Part shown: positions 7,669 through 16,037 of the stretch, piece by piece | Layout: the number at the start of each line of letters is the position of its first letter | How positions within the stretch are numbered: position 1 is the stretch's first letter | Source of the DNA: a virus | Taxonomy: Duplodnaviria; Caudoviricetes | IMG/VR virus record: IMGVR_UViG_3300042453_004282 | Location: 228-64,227 of that record | DNA: 64,000 bases | Direction: 5' to 3' (one strand) | Made by a program: the position numbers and the translations under genes | Notes under the pieces: generated by a model | Told to the model about the DNA's origin: nothing | What the model saw: the letters and a program-made list of their open reading frames with translations, nothing else | Databases searched by the model: none

Positions 7669-7903
7669 AACTCCTCGGCGCGTTCTCGCTCGACTCCGCA
7701 GTCGGTATCGACGATATGAAGAGCCGCTGCTCAAGTCGGTGGTGTTTCAATACTTCTCAACGATTGCCACTGGACTGTTGGTGGTAGCGGTGACCGGACA
7801 GTTTACCGATGGGTTCACCTTACTCTCTCTTGATTTTTTTGGGAAGATGATCTTATACTTTTTGTTTGAACTTGGATGGACTAGCCTTCGGAGACGACTA
7901 TGA
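7658..7903 (+). CDS. Small membrane protein, DUF2061-like
   Basis: Two hydrophobic segments with an LLKS...TG...K.ILYFLFE..W pattern. Confidence 0.5.
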   Translation: MRYRTPRRVLARLRSRYRRYEEPLLKSVVFQYFSTIATGLLVVAVTGQFTDGFTLLSLDFFGKMILYFLFELGWTSLRRRL

Positions 7904-8160
7904 ATGGAAAAGGAGATAGCCCGCGTCCCATGAGTGTTCCGGCTGAAACCTTTGAGACGAACTGGGAACATACCTTCGGCAAGGTACAACGCCTCAAGAC
8001 AGAAATTCTGGAGGACCGCTATCGGCATGCCAGTCAATCCCCAGATTTTCTCACGCAATACCCCGGCTTGACAGGAACGTGGGAGGTGGATAAGTTACGG
8101 TGGGAAATTATTCAGACACGGCGCGGTCTGGACATCGCCCGAGTTCGCGCTAACACTTAA
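7900..8160 (+). CDS. Hypothetical protein
   Basis: ATGA overlap with the upstream gene; MNGKGDSPRP start. Confidence 0.65.
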   Translation: MNGKGDSPRPMSVPAETFETNWEHTFGKVQRLKTEILEDRYRHASQSPDFLTQYPGLTGTWEVDKLRWEIIQTRRGLDIARVRANT

Positions 8161-8172
8161 CAGGAGATACCT

Positions 8173-8265
8173 ATCCCTCATCCCGGAAAAAACAGACCCC
8201 GCAAGGGACGCCGAAAGATTGGTAGCAAGAAGCGCCGCATGCGGCGTGAGCGGCGGAAGCGGTAA
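8173..8265 (+). CDS. Putative 30-aa Arg/Lys-rich peptide with non-canonical (ATC) start
   Basis: AGGAG 8162-8166, then ATC CCT CAT...; reads (M)PHPGKNRPRKGRRKIGSKKRRMRRERRKR*. Confidence 0.45.
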   Translation: MPHPGKNRPRKGRRKIGSKKRRMRRERRKR

Positions 8266-8280
8266 GACCGTCAAGTCCTC

Positions 8281-8309
8281 TTGACAGAAAGTGAGTGATA
8301 TGCTATACT
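8281..8309 (+). promoter_or_regulatory. Sigma70-type promoter upstream of uvsE
   Basis: TTGACA-17 bp-TATACT with TG extension. Confidence 0.8.
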
Positions 8310-8341
8310 CTTGGCATATCACTCACTTTTTTTCTTATCCC

Positions 8342-9295
8342 ATGCCTACCCAATTCGGCTACTGCTGCATTAACCTCACCCTAAGCTCGCACGGCATTAC
8401 CACCAGCCGCACGATGCGCAAAGCAAGTTTTGAAAAGCTGGGGATTGTCCATGCATCACGGCTGGCGCTGGAGAATGTGCAGAACCTCGCACAGATTCTT
8501 CAGTGGAATGCCGACCACGACATTCATGTGTTTCGCATGGGGTCTGGATTCTTTCCATGGTCCAGTGAATATGACATTCGTCAACTCCCGGATTTCCCTC
8601 ATATCTCCGACCTCTTGGCACAGGCTGGTGCCTTTGCACGGGAAACCTCGCAGCGCCTGACCTTTCACCCCGATCATTTCGTGAAGCTCGCTTCGCTGAA
8701 TGACATTGTGGCGATGAACAGTGTGCAGGAGATAAATCATCACGATGAGATCTTCACCTTGCTGGGGTTTCCTCCGTCGCATGTGAATTGCATCAACATC
8801 CATGTGGGGCAAAATTTCTCCCTTGACACCGTCGAGCGATTCATTGCACGATTTCATCTGCTAAGTCCAACGGCACAGCAGCGTCTGGTTGTAGAGAACG
8901 ACGACAAAGCCAACGCCTTTTCGGTGCGGCAGTTGTATACATATCTCTATCAGCGGATTCACACCCCCATCACCTTTGATTACTTCCATCATGAGTTCCA
9001 TCCTGATGGTCTCACCTCACAGGAAGCCGCGCATCTTGCCGCGCAGACATGGGATGTGCGCCCACTGTTTCACTACAGCGAGTCAAAGAATCTCCACGAA
9101 AACATCAACGGCAATCCTCGCGCACACTCTGACTACATCCGCACTCATATCGACGCCTATGGTCTAGACATTGATGTGGATCTAGAGTGCAAGGCCAAGG
9201 AACTGGCACTCTTGTCGTACCGCAAGGAACATGGCCTCTCACCAACGAGTCTTCTCCATGATACTTCCTCTTCTCTTTCTGTTGGCGCAATCTAG
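8342..9295 (+). CDS. uvsE: UV-damage endonuclease (UvsE/UVDE)
   Basis: GYCCIN, RLTFHPDHF, NIHVG, LVVENDD, FDYFHH, HYSES, AHSDY and ECKAKE motifs. Confidence 0.92.
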   Translation: MPTQFGYCCINLTLSSHGITTSRTMRKASFEKLGIVHASRLALENVQNLAQILQWNADHDIHVFRMGSGFFPWSSEYDIRQLPDFPHISDLLAQAGAFARETSQRLTFHPDHFVKLASLNDIVAMNSVQEINHHDEIFTLLGFPPSHVNCINIHVGQNFSLDTVERFIARFHLLSPTAQQRLVVENDDKANAFSVRQLYTYLYQRIHTPITFDYFHHEFHPDGLTSQEAAHLAAQTWDVRPLFHYSESKNLHENINGNPRAHSDYIRTHIDAYGLDIDVDLECKAKELALLSYRKEHGLSPTSLLHDTSSSLSVGAI

Positions 9296-9815
9296 CCTTG
9301 GCCCCGCAGATAGCACCCTGAAGATTGTTCAGCGACTGCTTCCGGTGCAAACACGACAACGAGACACTACCCGGAACGACATCGTCATTCATAACGATGG
9401 GATGAATCTGTCGGCAACAACCGTACATTCTGCATTGAGACATTCACGCCTCTCCTATCATTTTTTTGTGGATAGAAGCGGTCGCGTGTTTCAATTCATG
9501 TCACTGGATCGTGTGGCAGAACATGCTGGGAGATCCAAACATCTGAATACCAAGCAGTGGAATGACTTCAGCATAGGCATCTGTCTGCAAGGATCAAACT
9601 TCGTCGGCTACACCAAGGCGCAGTACGCGAGCTTGAACAAATTGATCCGCAACCTTACTCTGCGGTATAAACACCTCGGCCCCATTCATGTGGTAGGGCA
9701 CAACGAGGTGGCCTATCCGAAAGGACGAAAGTCAGACCCCGGAAAACACTTTGACTGGAAACAACTCCATTATGGCATACGCACCGTACCACAAGCGGCT
9801 CGACGCCGACATTAA
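9258..9815 (+). CDS. N-acetylmuramoyl-L-alanine amidase (Amidase_2) with hydrophobic N-terminus
   Basis: IVIH, SYHF, AEHAG, SIGICL, VVGH...KSDPG motifs. Confidence 0.85.
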   Translation: MILPLLFLLAQSSLGPADSTLKIVQRLLPVQTRQRDTTRNDIVIHNDGMNLSATTVHSALRHSRLSYHFFVDRSGRVFQFMSLDRVAEHAGRSKHLNTKQWNDFSIGICLQGSNFVGYTKAQYASLNKLIRNLTLRYKHLGPIHVVGHNEVAYPKGRKSDPGKHFDWKQLHYGIRTVPQAARRRH

Positions 9816-10860
9816 GCTGGATTTTGATGATGTATTGATGGTTCCACAACCAACCGATATTACATCGCGCAGTGAAGTGAATCTCGTGGCAAATATTTCC
9901 GGCGTCACAAAGAAGACGATTACGGGAGTGCCAATTATTGCGGCCAACATGGATGGAGTGGGAACATTCAGCATGAATGCCGCACTCGCCAAGCATCGTA
10001 TCTTCACGGCGATCACGAAGCATACCACGGTGAACGAGTGGAAAACGATGTTAGAAGCCTATTATCATGATGTGGATCCTATGCTCAATCCTCTACGCTA
10101 TGCCTGTGTCAGTATTGGCATGGGTGAAGACAACGTGGCATATCTTCGTGAGATTGACATGGCGATGTATGATTATGAAATCACCTCGCCGCTAAAAGTC
10201 GTGATTGATGTGGCAAACGGACATATGAAAAAGTTTGCTGCATTTGTGCAGCGCGTCAGAGATGCCTTTCCACATGCCTTCATTATGGCTGGAACGGTGG
10301 CCACACCAGACGCCACGGAACAATTGCTTCTTCATGGCGCAGATTTAGTGCGCGTTGGCATCGGAACTGGCGCCGTATGCACCACTCGTCGTGTCTCTGG
10401 TGTTGGGTATCCTCAATTTTCCGCTGTGATGGAGTGCGCGGAGGTTGCTGATGCGCATGGCGGGGGTATTATCTCGGATGGAGGGTGTGTGCATCCCGGA
10501 GATTTTGCAAAAGCGTTGGGTGCAGGGGCAAAAATGGTGATGGCTGGAAGTATTTTTGCCGGTCACACCCAATCCGAACAGGAAGTTGATGGCGGATGTG
10601 TCACATTTTATGGTATGAGTTCACACGCGGCGCAAGAAAAGCACGGAGAAGTACGAAATTATCGGTCTTCCGAGGGACGAGTAGTTAAAATTCCGTATAA
10701 AGGCGATGTAAACCTGACGGTTTTGGACATTTTGGGAGGAATTCGGTCTGCTTGTGCGTATGTCGGGGCAAGAAACCTGCAAGATATCGACAAATATGCA
10801 AGATTTGTGCGGGTAAACCATCAACTGAACCAAAGTTTGGACGCATACACGATTTCTTGA
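9772..10860 (+). CDS. guaC: GMP reductase
   Basis: KLDFDDVL, IIAANMDGVG, IDVANG, VGIGTGAVCTTR, GYPQFSA, DGGC, FYGMSS, YRSSEG and GGIRSACAYVGA motifs. Confidence 0.92.
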   Translation: MAYAPYHKRLDADIKLDFDDVLMVPQPTDITSRSEVNLVANISGVTKKTITGVPIIAANMDGVGTFSMNAALAKHRIFTAITKHTTVNEWKTMLEAYYHDVDPMLNPLRYACVSIGMGEDNVAYLREIDMAMYDYEITSPLKVVIDVANGHMKKFAAFVQRVRDAFPHAFIMAGTVATPDATEQLLLHGADLVRVGIGTGAVCTTRRVSGVGYPQFSAVMECAEVADAHGGGIISDGGCVHPGDFAKALGAGAKMVMAGSIFAGHTQSEQEVDGGCVTFYGMSSHAAQEKHGEVRNYRSSEGRVVKIPYKGDVNLTVLDILGGIRSACAYVGARNLQDIDKYARFVRVNHQLNQSLDAYTIS

Positions 10861-10885
10861 TAAATAGACGCTGAAACCGGAGCCT

Positions 10886-11083
10886 ATGATGAAAGAATTT
10901 CACACCCCCTACGATCATACACTAGACGAATACACGAAAAATCAGATCAAATACGCCTTTGATGATGTATTTGACGAGATTGACGACATTCGTGAGCGCC
11001 TGAAGAACGATCCTCACTCAGAACTGATCATTGAGTGGGTTCGATATGCCATCTCTAACGTCTTGAAAGACTACACGGAATAA
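10886..11083 (+). CDS. Hypothetical protein
   Basis: GGAG RBS and upstream ATAAATA. Confidence 0.6.
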   Translation: MMKEFHTPYDHTLDEYTKNQIKYAFDDVFDEIDDIRERLKNDPHSELIIEWVRYAISNVLKDYTE

Positions 11084-11089
11084 ATAATC

Positions 11090-11356
11090 ATGCCTACATA
11101 TGAGTATGTGTGCGATGCGTGTGACCATTATTTCACCCGGTTCACCAGTATTAGCAACATGAACCTCGCAGAGGAGGAACCCTGTCCAAACTGTGACATG
11201 ATTAAGGTAAAAAAGGTTATGTTAACTGCCCCCGCAATAGGTGATGCAGTACGCTTGAGAATTCGGCGTCCAGACAACGGTTTCAAAGAGGTTCTCCAAA
11301 AAGTTCATGAGTCTACCCCCGGATCGACCATCAACAGGAACAGTAGTTTCATTTAA
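11090..11356 (+). CDS. FmdB-family zinc-ribbon protein
   Basis: MPTYEYVCDAC...CPNC; usual neighbour of phoH in T4-like phages. Confidence 0.8.
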   Translation: MPTYEYVCDACDHYFTRFTSISNMNLAEEEPCPNCDMIKVKKVMLTAPAIGDAVRLRIRRPDNGFKEVLQKVHESTPGSTINRNSSFI

Positions 11357-11436
11357 CTTTCGTCGTGTGTCCTCACCCCAACACGGTATTTTTGCCGTGT
11401 TGGGGTATTTTTTTACCCTCAACCCACGAGAGACGT

Positions 11437-12204
11437 ATGCCACGCAGAAAACAGCGCCTCAAACTCGTTCCACAAGAACACCTCATGCAGCGAGTCGAAG
11501 AACAAGAATCCAAGCACAAAGTGCGGCTTGCCGATTTGAAGCCGGTGTCCCCCTTAACAGAAAATCAAGAGACCCTGTTTAATCTGTATACTCGCGGCAC
11601 CGTCGCGATGTTGTTGCACGGTGTGGCTGGCACAGGAAAAACCTATATTGCGCTGTACAATGCCTTTCATGAAATTTTGGAAAAATTGACGCCATACAAG
11701 AAAATTGTCCTAGTACGATCAGCCGTTGCCACACGGGATATTGGACATCTTCCCGGTGATGAAAAAGAAAAGGCTGAAGTATATTTGCAGCCCTACAAGG
11801 AAATTGTAAAGGAGCTTTTTCCTCGGTTCGGAGATACCGCATACACAAAATTGAAGGAACAAGGACTGATTGAATTCATGATCACTTCATATGTACGAGG
11901 TATAACATTTGAAAACGCCATTGTGATTGTCGATGAATGCCAGAACATGAATGATCAGGAATTGAACAGTGTGATGACTCGGGTGGGAAACAACACCAAA
12001 ATTCTGTTCTGTGGTGATTTTCGTCAAACCGATCTCCAAAAACGGCACGATGTTTCTGGGCTGAAGAAGTTCATGGGCATTATTGATCACATGCCCAGCT
12101 TCAGACATGTAGAGTTCATGGTGGACGACATCGTGCGAAGCCAACTCGTCAAAGAGTATATCGTCGCACGAATACAATATGAGGATATTGTATTGTCCGC
12201 TTGA
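11437..12204 (+). CDS. phoH: PhoH-family ATPase
   Basis: GVAGTGKT Walker A, RG.TF, IVDECQN, TRVG and GDFRQTD motifs. Confidence 0.92.
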   Translation: MPRRKQRLKLVPQEHLMQRVEEQESKHKVRLADLKPVSPLTENQETLFNLYTRGTVAMLLHGVAGTGKTYIALYNAFHEILEKLTPYKKIVLVRSAVATRDIGHLPGDEKEKAEVYLQPYKEIVKELFPRFGDTAYTKLKEQGLIEFMITSYVRGITFENAIVIVDECQNMNDQELNSVMTRVGNNTKILFCGDFRQTDLQKRHDVSGLKKFMGIIDHMPSFRHVEFMVDDIVRSQLVKEYIVARIQYEDIVLSA

Positions 12205-12229
12205 CAGAGTGAGTATGGGGAGTTAAGTT
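12201..12229 (+). promoter_or_regulatory. Sigma70-type promoter upstream of the exonuclease
   Basis: TTGACA-17 bp-TAAGTT. Confidence 0.6.
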
Positions 12230-12235
12230 TCGTGT

Positions 12236-12919
12236 ATGAAAAGATTCACCCATATCCCTCTACAAGTCGAACTCCCTGAGCTTGAAGCCGTCACCACGGA
12301 TAGTGGACGGGTATACCACTTACCAAACGGTAAGGTATACCCGTCTGCAACGACGGTACTCTCCTTGCATACCAAAGCTGGCATCGACAGGTGGCGTGAA
12401 AGAGTCGGGGAAGAAGAAGCCACGACCCTCTCTCGTCGTGCGGCATCCCGTGGCACGATGCTCCATAATAATGTGGAGCGGTATTTGAAGAACGACGACC
12501 AGTTGACCTTCAAGAGTGTATTTCCTCTTTTCAAAACCAACGAAGAGGAACTATTTACCGCTATTCGCCCAGAGCTTGACAAGATTGACAACATTCGCGC
12601 ACTGGAAAACACGCTATATTCCCATCATTTGCGGATGGCGGGGCGGGTAGATTGCATTGCGGAATATAACAAGAAATTGTCGATCATCGACTTCAAGTCC
12701 TCTTCATCAGAGAAAGATATTGATCACATCCAACATTACTTCATGCAAGGGGCAGCCTATGCCATCATGTTTGAAGAATTGACGCAGATTCCAATCGCGA
12801 ATATTGTGATCATGATTGCCGTAGAAGACGGGTTTGTGCAGGTTATGAAGGGAAAACGAGATGATTATGTGAACAACCTGTTGTTTTATCGGGATTTGTA
12901 CGAATATAAGCATAAATAG
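12236..12919 (+). CDS. PD-(D/E)XK exonuclease
   Basis: YPSATTVL, RGTMLH, AGRVDC, IIDFKSS and Q..AYA motifs; adjacent to phoH. Confidence 0.85.
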   Translation: MKRFTHIPLQVELPELEAVTTDSGRVYHLPNGKVYPSATTVLSLHTKAGIDRWRERVGEEEATTLSRRAASRGTMLHNNVERYLKNDDQLTFKSVFPLFKTNEEELFTAIRPELDKIDNIRALENTLYSHHLRMAGRVDCIAEYNKKLSIIDFKSSSSEKDIDHIQHYFMQGAAYAIMFEELTQIPIANIVIMIAVEDGFVQVMKGKRDDYVNNLLFYRDLYEYKHK

Positions 12920-12945
12920 ACCTACACCTTAACCTAGGACTTCCT

Positions 12946-13467
12946 ATGACTGTTAAGACCCTATCTATTGTGCTGTGCTTTGGGGTATTTTCTCTTGCGA
13001 CCCCTCTACACACCCCAGTAGCACCTCAACCAGACACCGCCTCTCTCGTGGAGAAGTTGAAGGCGAGAGAACAGCAGAAGGAGCTTGAGTGTCTGGCAAA
13101 AAACATCTTCTACGAAGCTGCACAAGAGTCGTATGAGGGAAAGCTGGCCGTTGGCACCGTCACAATGAATCGCGTAAAAAGTGCCGCCTTTCCAAAGACC
13201 GTGTGCAGTGTCGTATATCAACGAGGTTCCCGTGGATGTCAGTTTTCATGGACCTGTGCTGCCAAGCGAGCGAAAATGAATGCCGCACTCTACGCCGAAT
13301 CTCTGCGGGTGGCCGAACAGATCATGGTGGAGGGAATCCTACTGAAGAGCATCAAAAACGCCCTGTACTTTCACAACACTTCCATCCGACCGAATTGGAC
13401 GTTTGCCACGCCAATTAAACAGATCGGAAATCACATCTTTTACGCCCCCAAGAGGAAGGATGCCTAA
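12946..13467 (+). CDS. SleB-like cell-wall hydrolase (Hydrolase_2) with signal peptide
   Basis: CLAKNIFYEA, V.MNRV, VC.VVYQ, CQFSW, ALYFH and IGNHIFY motifs. Confidence 0.85.
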   Translation: MTVKTLSIVLCFGVFSLATPLHTPVAPQPDTASLVEKLKAREQQKELECLAKNIFYEAAQESYEGKLAVGTVTMNRVKSAAFPKTVCSVVYQRGSRGCQFSWTCAAKRAKMNAALYAESLRVAEQIMVEGILLKSIKNALYFHNTSIRPNWTFATPIKQIGNHIFYAPKRKDA

Positions 13468-13702
13468 AAAGAAGGACATAACAGTACACGAGTTACTCAC
13501 CCGGAAGTTCAAAAACTCCGACGAGTTTTCCACATTCATCAAAAATTCCGCAGAACGGAAGAAGATCACAATTATGGAAGAACTCTTGGAGTATTGCGAG
13601 ATGAACCAGATTGATCCCAGTATCTGCGGGGCTCTCATCAATGCTGAATTGATGAGTTTGTTAACCGAAGAGGCTCGCAAGATGAATTTGCTCAAGGGGT
13701 AG
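13460..13702 (+). CDS. gp33: Late-transcription co-activator gp33
   Basis: Size, LEYCE...EEARKMNLL motif and position before gp59. Confidence 0.7.
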   Translation: MPKKKDITVHELLTRKFKNSDEFSTFIKNSAERKKITIMEELLEYCEMNQIDPSICGALINAELMSLLTEEARKMNLLKG

Positions 13703-13703
13703 T

Positions 13704-14285
13704 ATGACCACCATCGAAGCGTATCAAATTTATTTGGCAGTACGTCTTCATTTCACAAACAAAAAGTACGACATCACCCACACGAAAGGACGAGTGCGTG
13801 TCGTTCCGGGGCAGCTTGAAAACAAACCTCGCATGAAGTACAGTCTGGAAAAGATGTCCGTGCGGTTTCCCCGTAAGAAGTTCATCAACTTTCTCGTCGC
13901 GAGTTTTGCAAGGGGAGAAAACCCGCTGTTTTCACCGAATGCGGAAACAAACTATCAACAGTTTGTGAAGTACATGGAGGGGATGTCATACTTTTATGAA
14001 CGGGATCTGCGCCAGCTTCAAACCTCCTGTGACTGCACCGAGGTAGAGGCATTGTGGAGTGGAGAGAACCACCCCGTCATCCTCAAAGAATATCTTGGTG
14101 GGCGTATCCATTTAGAGACATTGATCATTTTGGATCGGCTCTTTAAGTTCTCCACCATATTGAATGAGCGTCTATCCGGTGACGCCGTGTGGGAACCGCT
14201 GTATGAAGTCATGTATAAATACTTGCTGTTCATTAAATTTGACGAGGACAAAGTCAGGATGATTACGCGAAAGGTGTTTGCATGA
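13704..14285 (+). CDS. gp59: Helicase loader gp59
   Basis: AYQIYLAVRLHF, HPVILKEYLGG.I.LETL motifs; between gp33 and gp32. Confidence 0.85.
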   Translation: MTTIEAYQIYLAVRLHFTNKKYDITHTKGRVRVVPGQLENKPRMKYSLEKMSVRFPRKKFINFLVASFARGENPLFSPNAETNYQQFVKYMEGMSYFYERDLRQLQTSCDCTEVEALWSGENHPVILKEYLGGRIHLETLIILDRLFKFSTILNERLSGDAVWEPLYEVMYKYLLFIKFDEDKVRMITRKVFA

Positions 14286-14476
14286 GAAAGAATGTCAGAT
14301 GGGACGATGATGATCACTTTGGAAACAATCGGCCTGTCGAAAAAGACTTGTTCGAAAAGTACAAGAATCGTATCTATGATTATGACGAGGAAGAAGATTT
14401 TCTAGACGACGAATACGATGTATGGGATGAGTGGTACGAAGAACCGCTAGATGATGTATCCGAAGAATACAACTAA
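14282..14476 (+). CDS. Small highly acidic protein
   Basis: ATGA overlap; D/E/Y/W-rich C-terminus. Confidence 0.6.
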   Translation: MRKNVRWDDDDHFGNNRPVEKDLFEKYKNRIYDYDEEEDFLDDEYDVWDEWYEEPLDDVSEEYN

Positions 14477-14500
14477 TACACACTACACAAGGAGCACACA

Positions 14501-15403
14501 ATGACATCGCGATTCTCAGATTTACGCAACAACAGCACGAACTTCGATTCCCTGCGCAAGCAGGTAGAAGACATGTCAAAGACTACCTACGAGAAGGACG
14601 ACACCAGATTCTGGCAGCCCACCGTAGACAAGGCGGGGAACGGATATGCGGTGATTCGCTTCCTTCCGCCACCGAAGGGTGAGACTCTCGCATGGGCGCG
14701 GGTATGGAACCATGGGTTTCAGGGTCCGTCTGGGCGCTGGTACATCGAAAACAGCCTCACCACGATTAACCAGTCTGACCCGGTCAGTGAACTGAATTCA
14801 GAGCTTTGGAATTCTGGCATTGAGTCAAACAAGGACATTGCTCGTGCTCAGAAGCGCCGCCTGAACTACATCTCCAACATTATGGTGATCAAGGATCAGG
14901 CCAATCCGGAAAACAACGGCAAGGTCTTCCTCTTCAAGTATGGGAAGAAGATCTTCGACAAGATTAAGCAAGCGATGAACCCGGAATTTGATGTTGACGA
15001 GCCGATCAATCCGTTTGACTTCTGGAATGGTGCAAACTTCCGCATGAAGATCCGAAAGGTTGAAGGCTACCGGAACTATGATTTGTCTGTCTTTGAATCA
15101 CCCTCACCGATTGCAGACAACGATGAGATCATGGAAGAGATCTGGAACCAGCAGCACTCACTTGCTACCTTCACCGATCCAAAGAACTTCAAGACATATG
15201 AGGAGTTGAAGGCCAAGCTGGATCAGGTACTTCGCGGAGCAAAGCGTCCGGTTACTGCCGATTCCATTGACGAGGATGATGCGGTAGACGCTCCGTCAAT
15301 GAAGTCATCCCCGGAACAGAAGAAGCCCACGGCTTCAAGTTCCTTTGAAGAGGAAGATGATGATGACGCCGTGAGCTACTTCGAGAAGCTCTCTCGCGAA
15401 TAA
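14501..15403 (+). CDS. gp32: Single-stranded DNA-binding protein gp32
   Basis: DKAGNGYAVIRFLP, WYIENSLTT, KYGKKIFDKI, acidic tail ending YFEKL. Confidence 0.95.
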   Translation: MTSRFSDLRNNSTNFDSLRKQVEDMSKTTYEKDDTRFWQPTVDKAGNGYAVIRFLPPPKGETLAWARVWNHGFQGPSGRWYIENSLTTINQSDPVSELNSELWNSGIESNKDIARAQKRRLNYISNIMVIKDQANPENNGKVFLFKYGKKIFDKIKQAMNPEFDVDEPINPFDFWNGANFRMKIRKVEGYRNYDLSVFESPSPIADNDEIMEEIWNQQHSLATFTDPKNFKTYEELKAKLDQVLRGAKRPVTADSIDEDDAVDAPSMKSSPEQKKPTASSSFEEEDDDDAVSYFEKLSRE

Positions 15404-15411
15404 TGCGCAAG

Positions 15412-15442
15412 AAAACGGGGAAGATTTCTCTTCCCCGTTTTT
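15412..15442. terminator. Bidirectional rho-independent terminator
   Basis: AAAACGGGGAAGA-tttc-TCTTCCCCGTTTT between convergent genes. Confidence 0.85.
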
Positions 15443-16035
15443 TATTTGATGTCAGTGGATTCTATTAAGGTGTAGGTGAAACTGTTGCTCACGGCTTCCG
15501 CCTTCTTCATGATTTGCATGAACTGTTCAAAGTGCCTGATATTGGAAAACACTTGACACCCAGCACTCCACCCGTCAACCTGCACGGACACGCCGTTTGG
15601 TGATGAACGGTGAATGTTGATGCCGTACATTCCCTCATCAATGGTCTTCTCATCATAAGTCGTGTCCATGTTTGCATCACGATACACCTTAACTGGCGTA
15701 TTCTGCACGAGCGCCGTGTATTTTCCTTGATGTAGGCCAATTCGATGCGACCGGCGATATTGACCGGGGACAAGACGCGCCACGCCTCTAGGATTCAATA
15801 GTTTTCGCGTCATATAAGTTGTACCCGGATCTGTCGTGCATGGCCAAATATGAAAATTCCACACGCCAGAAACCTTATAGGACAGGGTCATCCAATCATC
15901 AAACTGATTAGTGAGTCGCTTTCCAGTGGCTGAATTTCTTACACCTACGATGTTTACGTCATAGTCCTTGTTGCTATCGAACCATACGTATGCTTTTGCC
16001 TTAACAGCAGCTTCAATTTGTTGTCTAGTAAACAT
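15442..16035 (-). CDS. Putative murein-active enzyme (L,D-transpeptidase-like H...SAGC motif)
   Basis: GINIH...WSAGCQV motif; family assignment tentative. Confidence 0.5.
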   Translation of the reverse strand: MFTRQQIEAAVKAKAYVWFDSNKDYDVNIVGVRNSATGKRLTNQFDDWMTLSYKVSGVWNFHIWPCTTDPGTTYMTRKLLNPRGVARLVPGQYRRSHRIGLHQGKYTALVQNTPVKVYRDANMDTTYDEKTIDEGMYGINIHRSSPNGVSVQVDGWSAGCQVFSNIRHFEQFMQIMKKAEAVSNSFTYTLIESTDIK

Positions 16036-16037
16036 GG

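Noticed and set aside
12236-12919. CRISPR Cas4
   Set aside because: Lacks the Fe-S cysteine set and cas context; fits the usual phoH-adjacent phage exonuclease.
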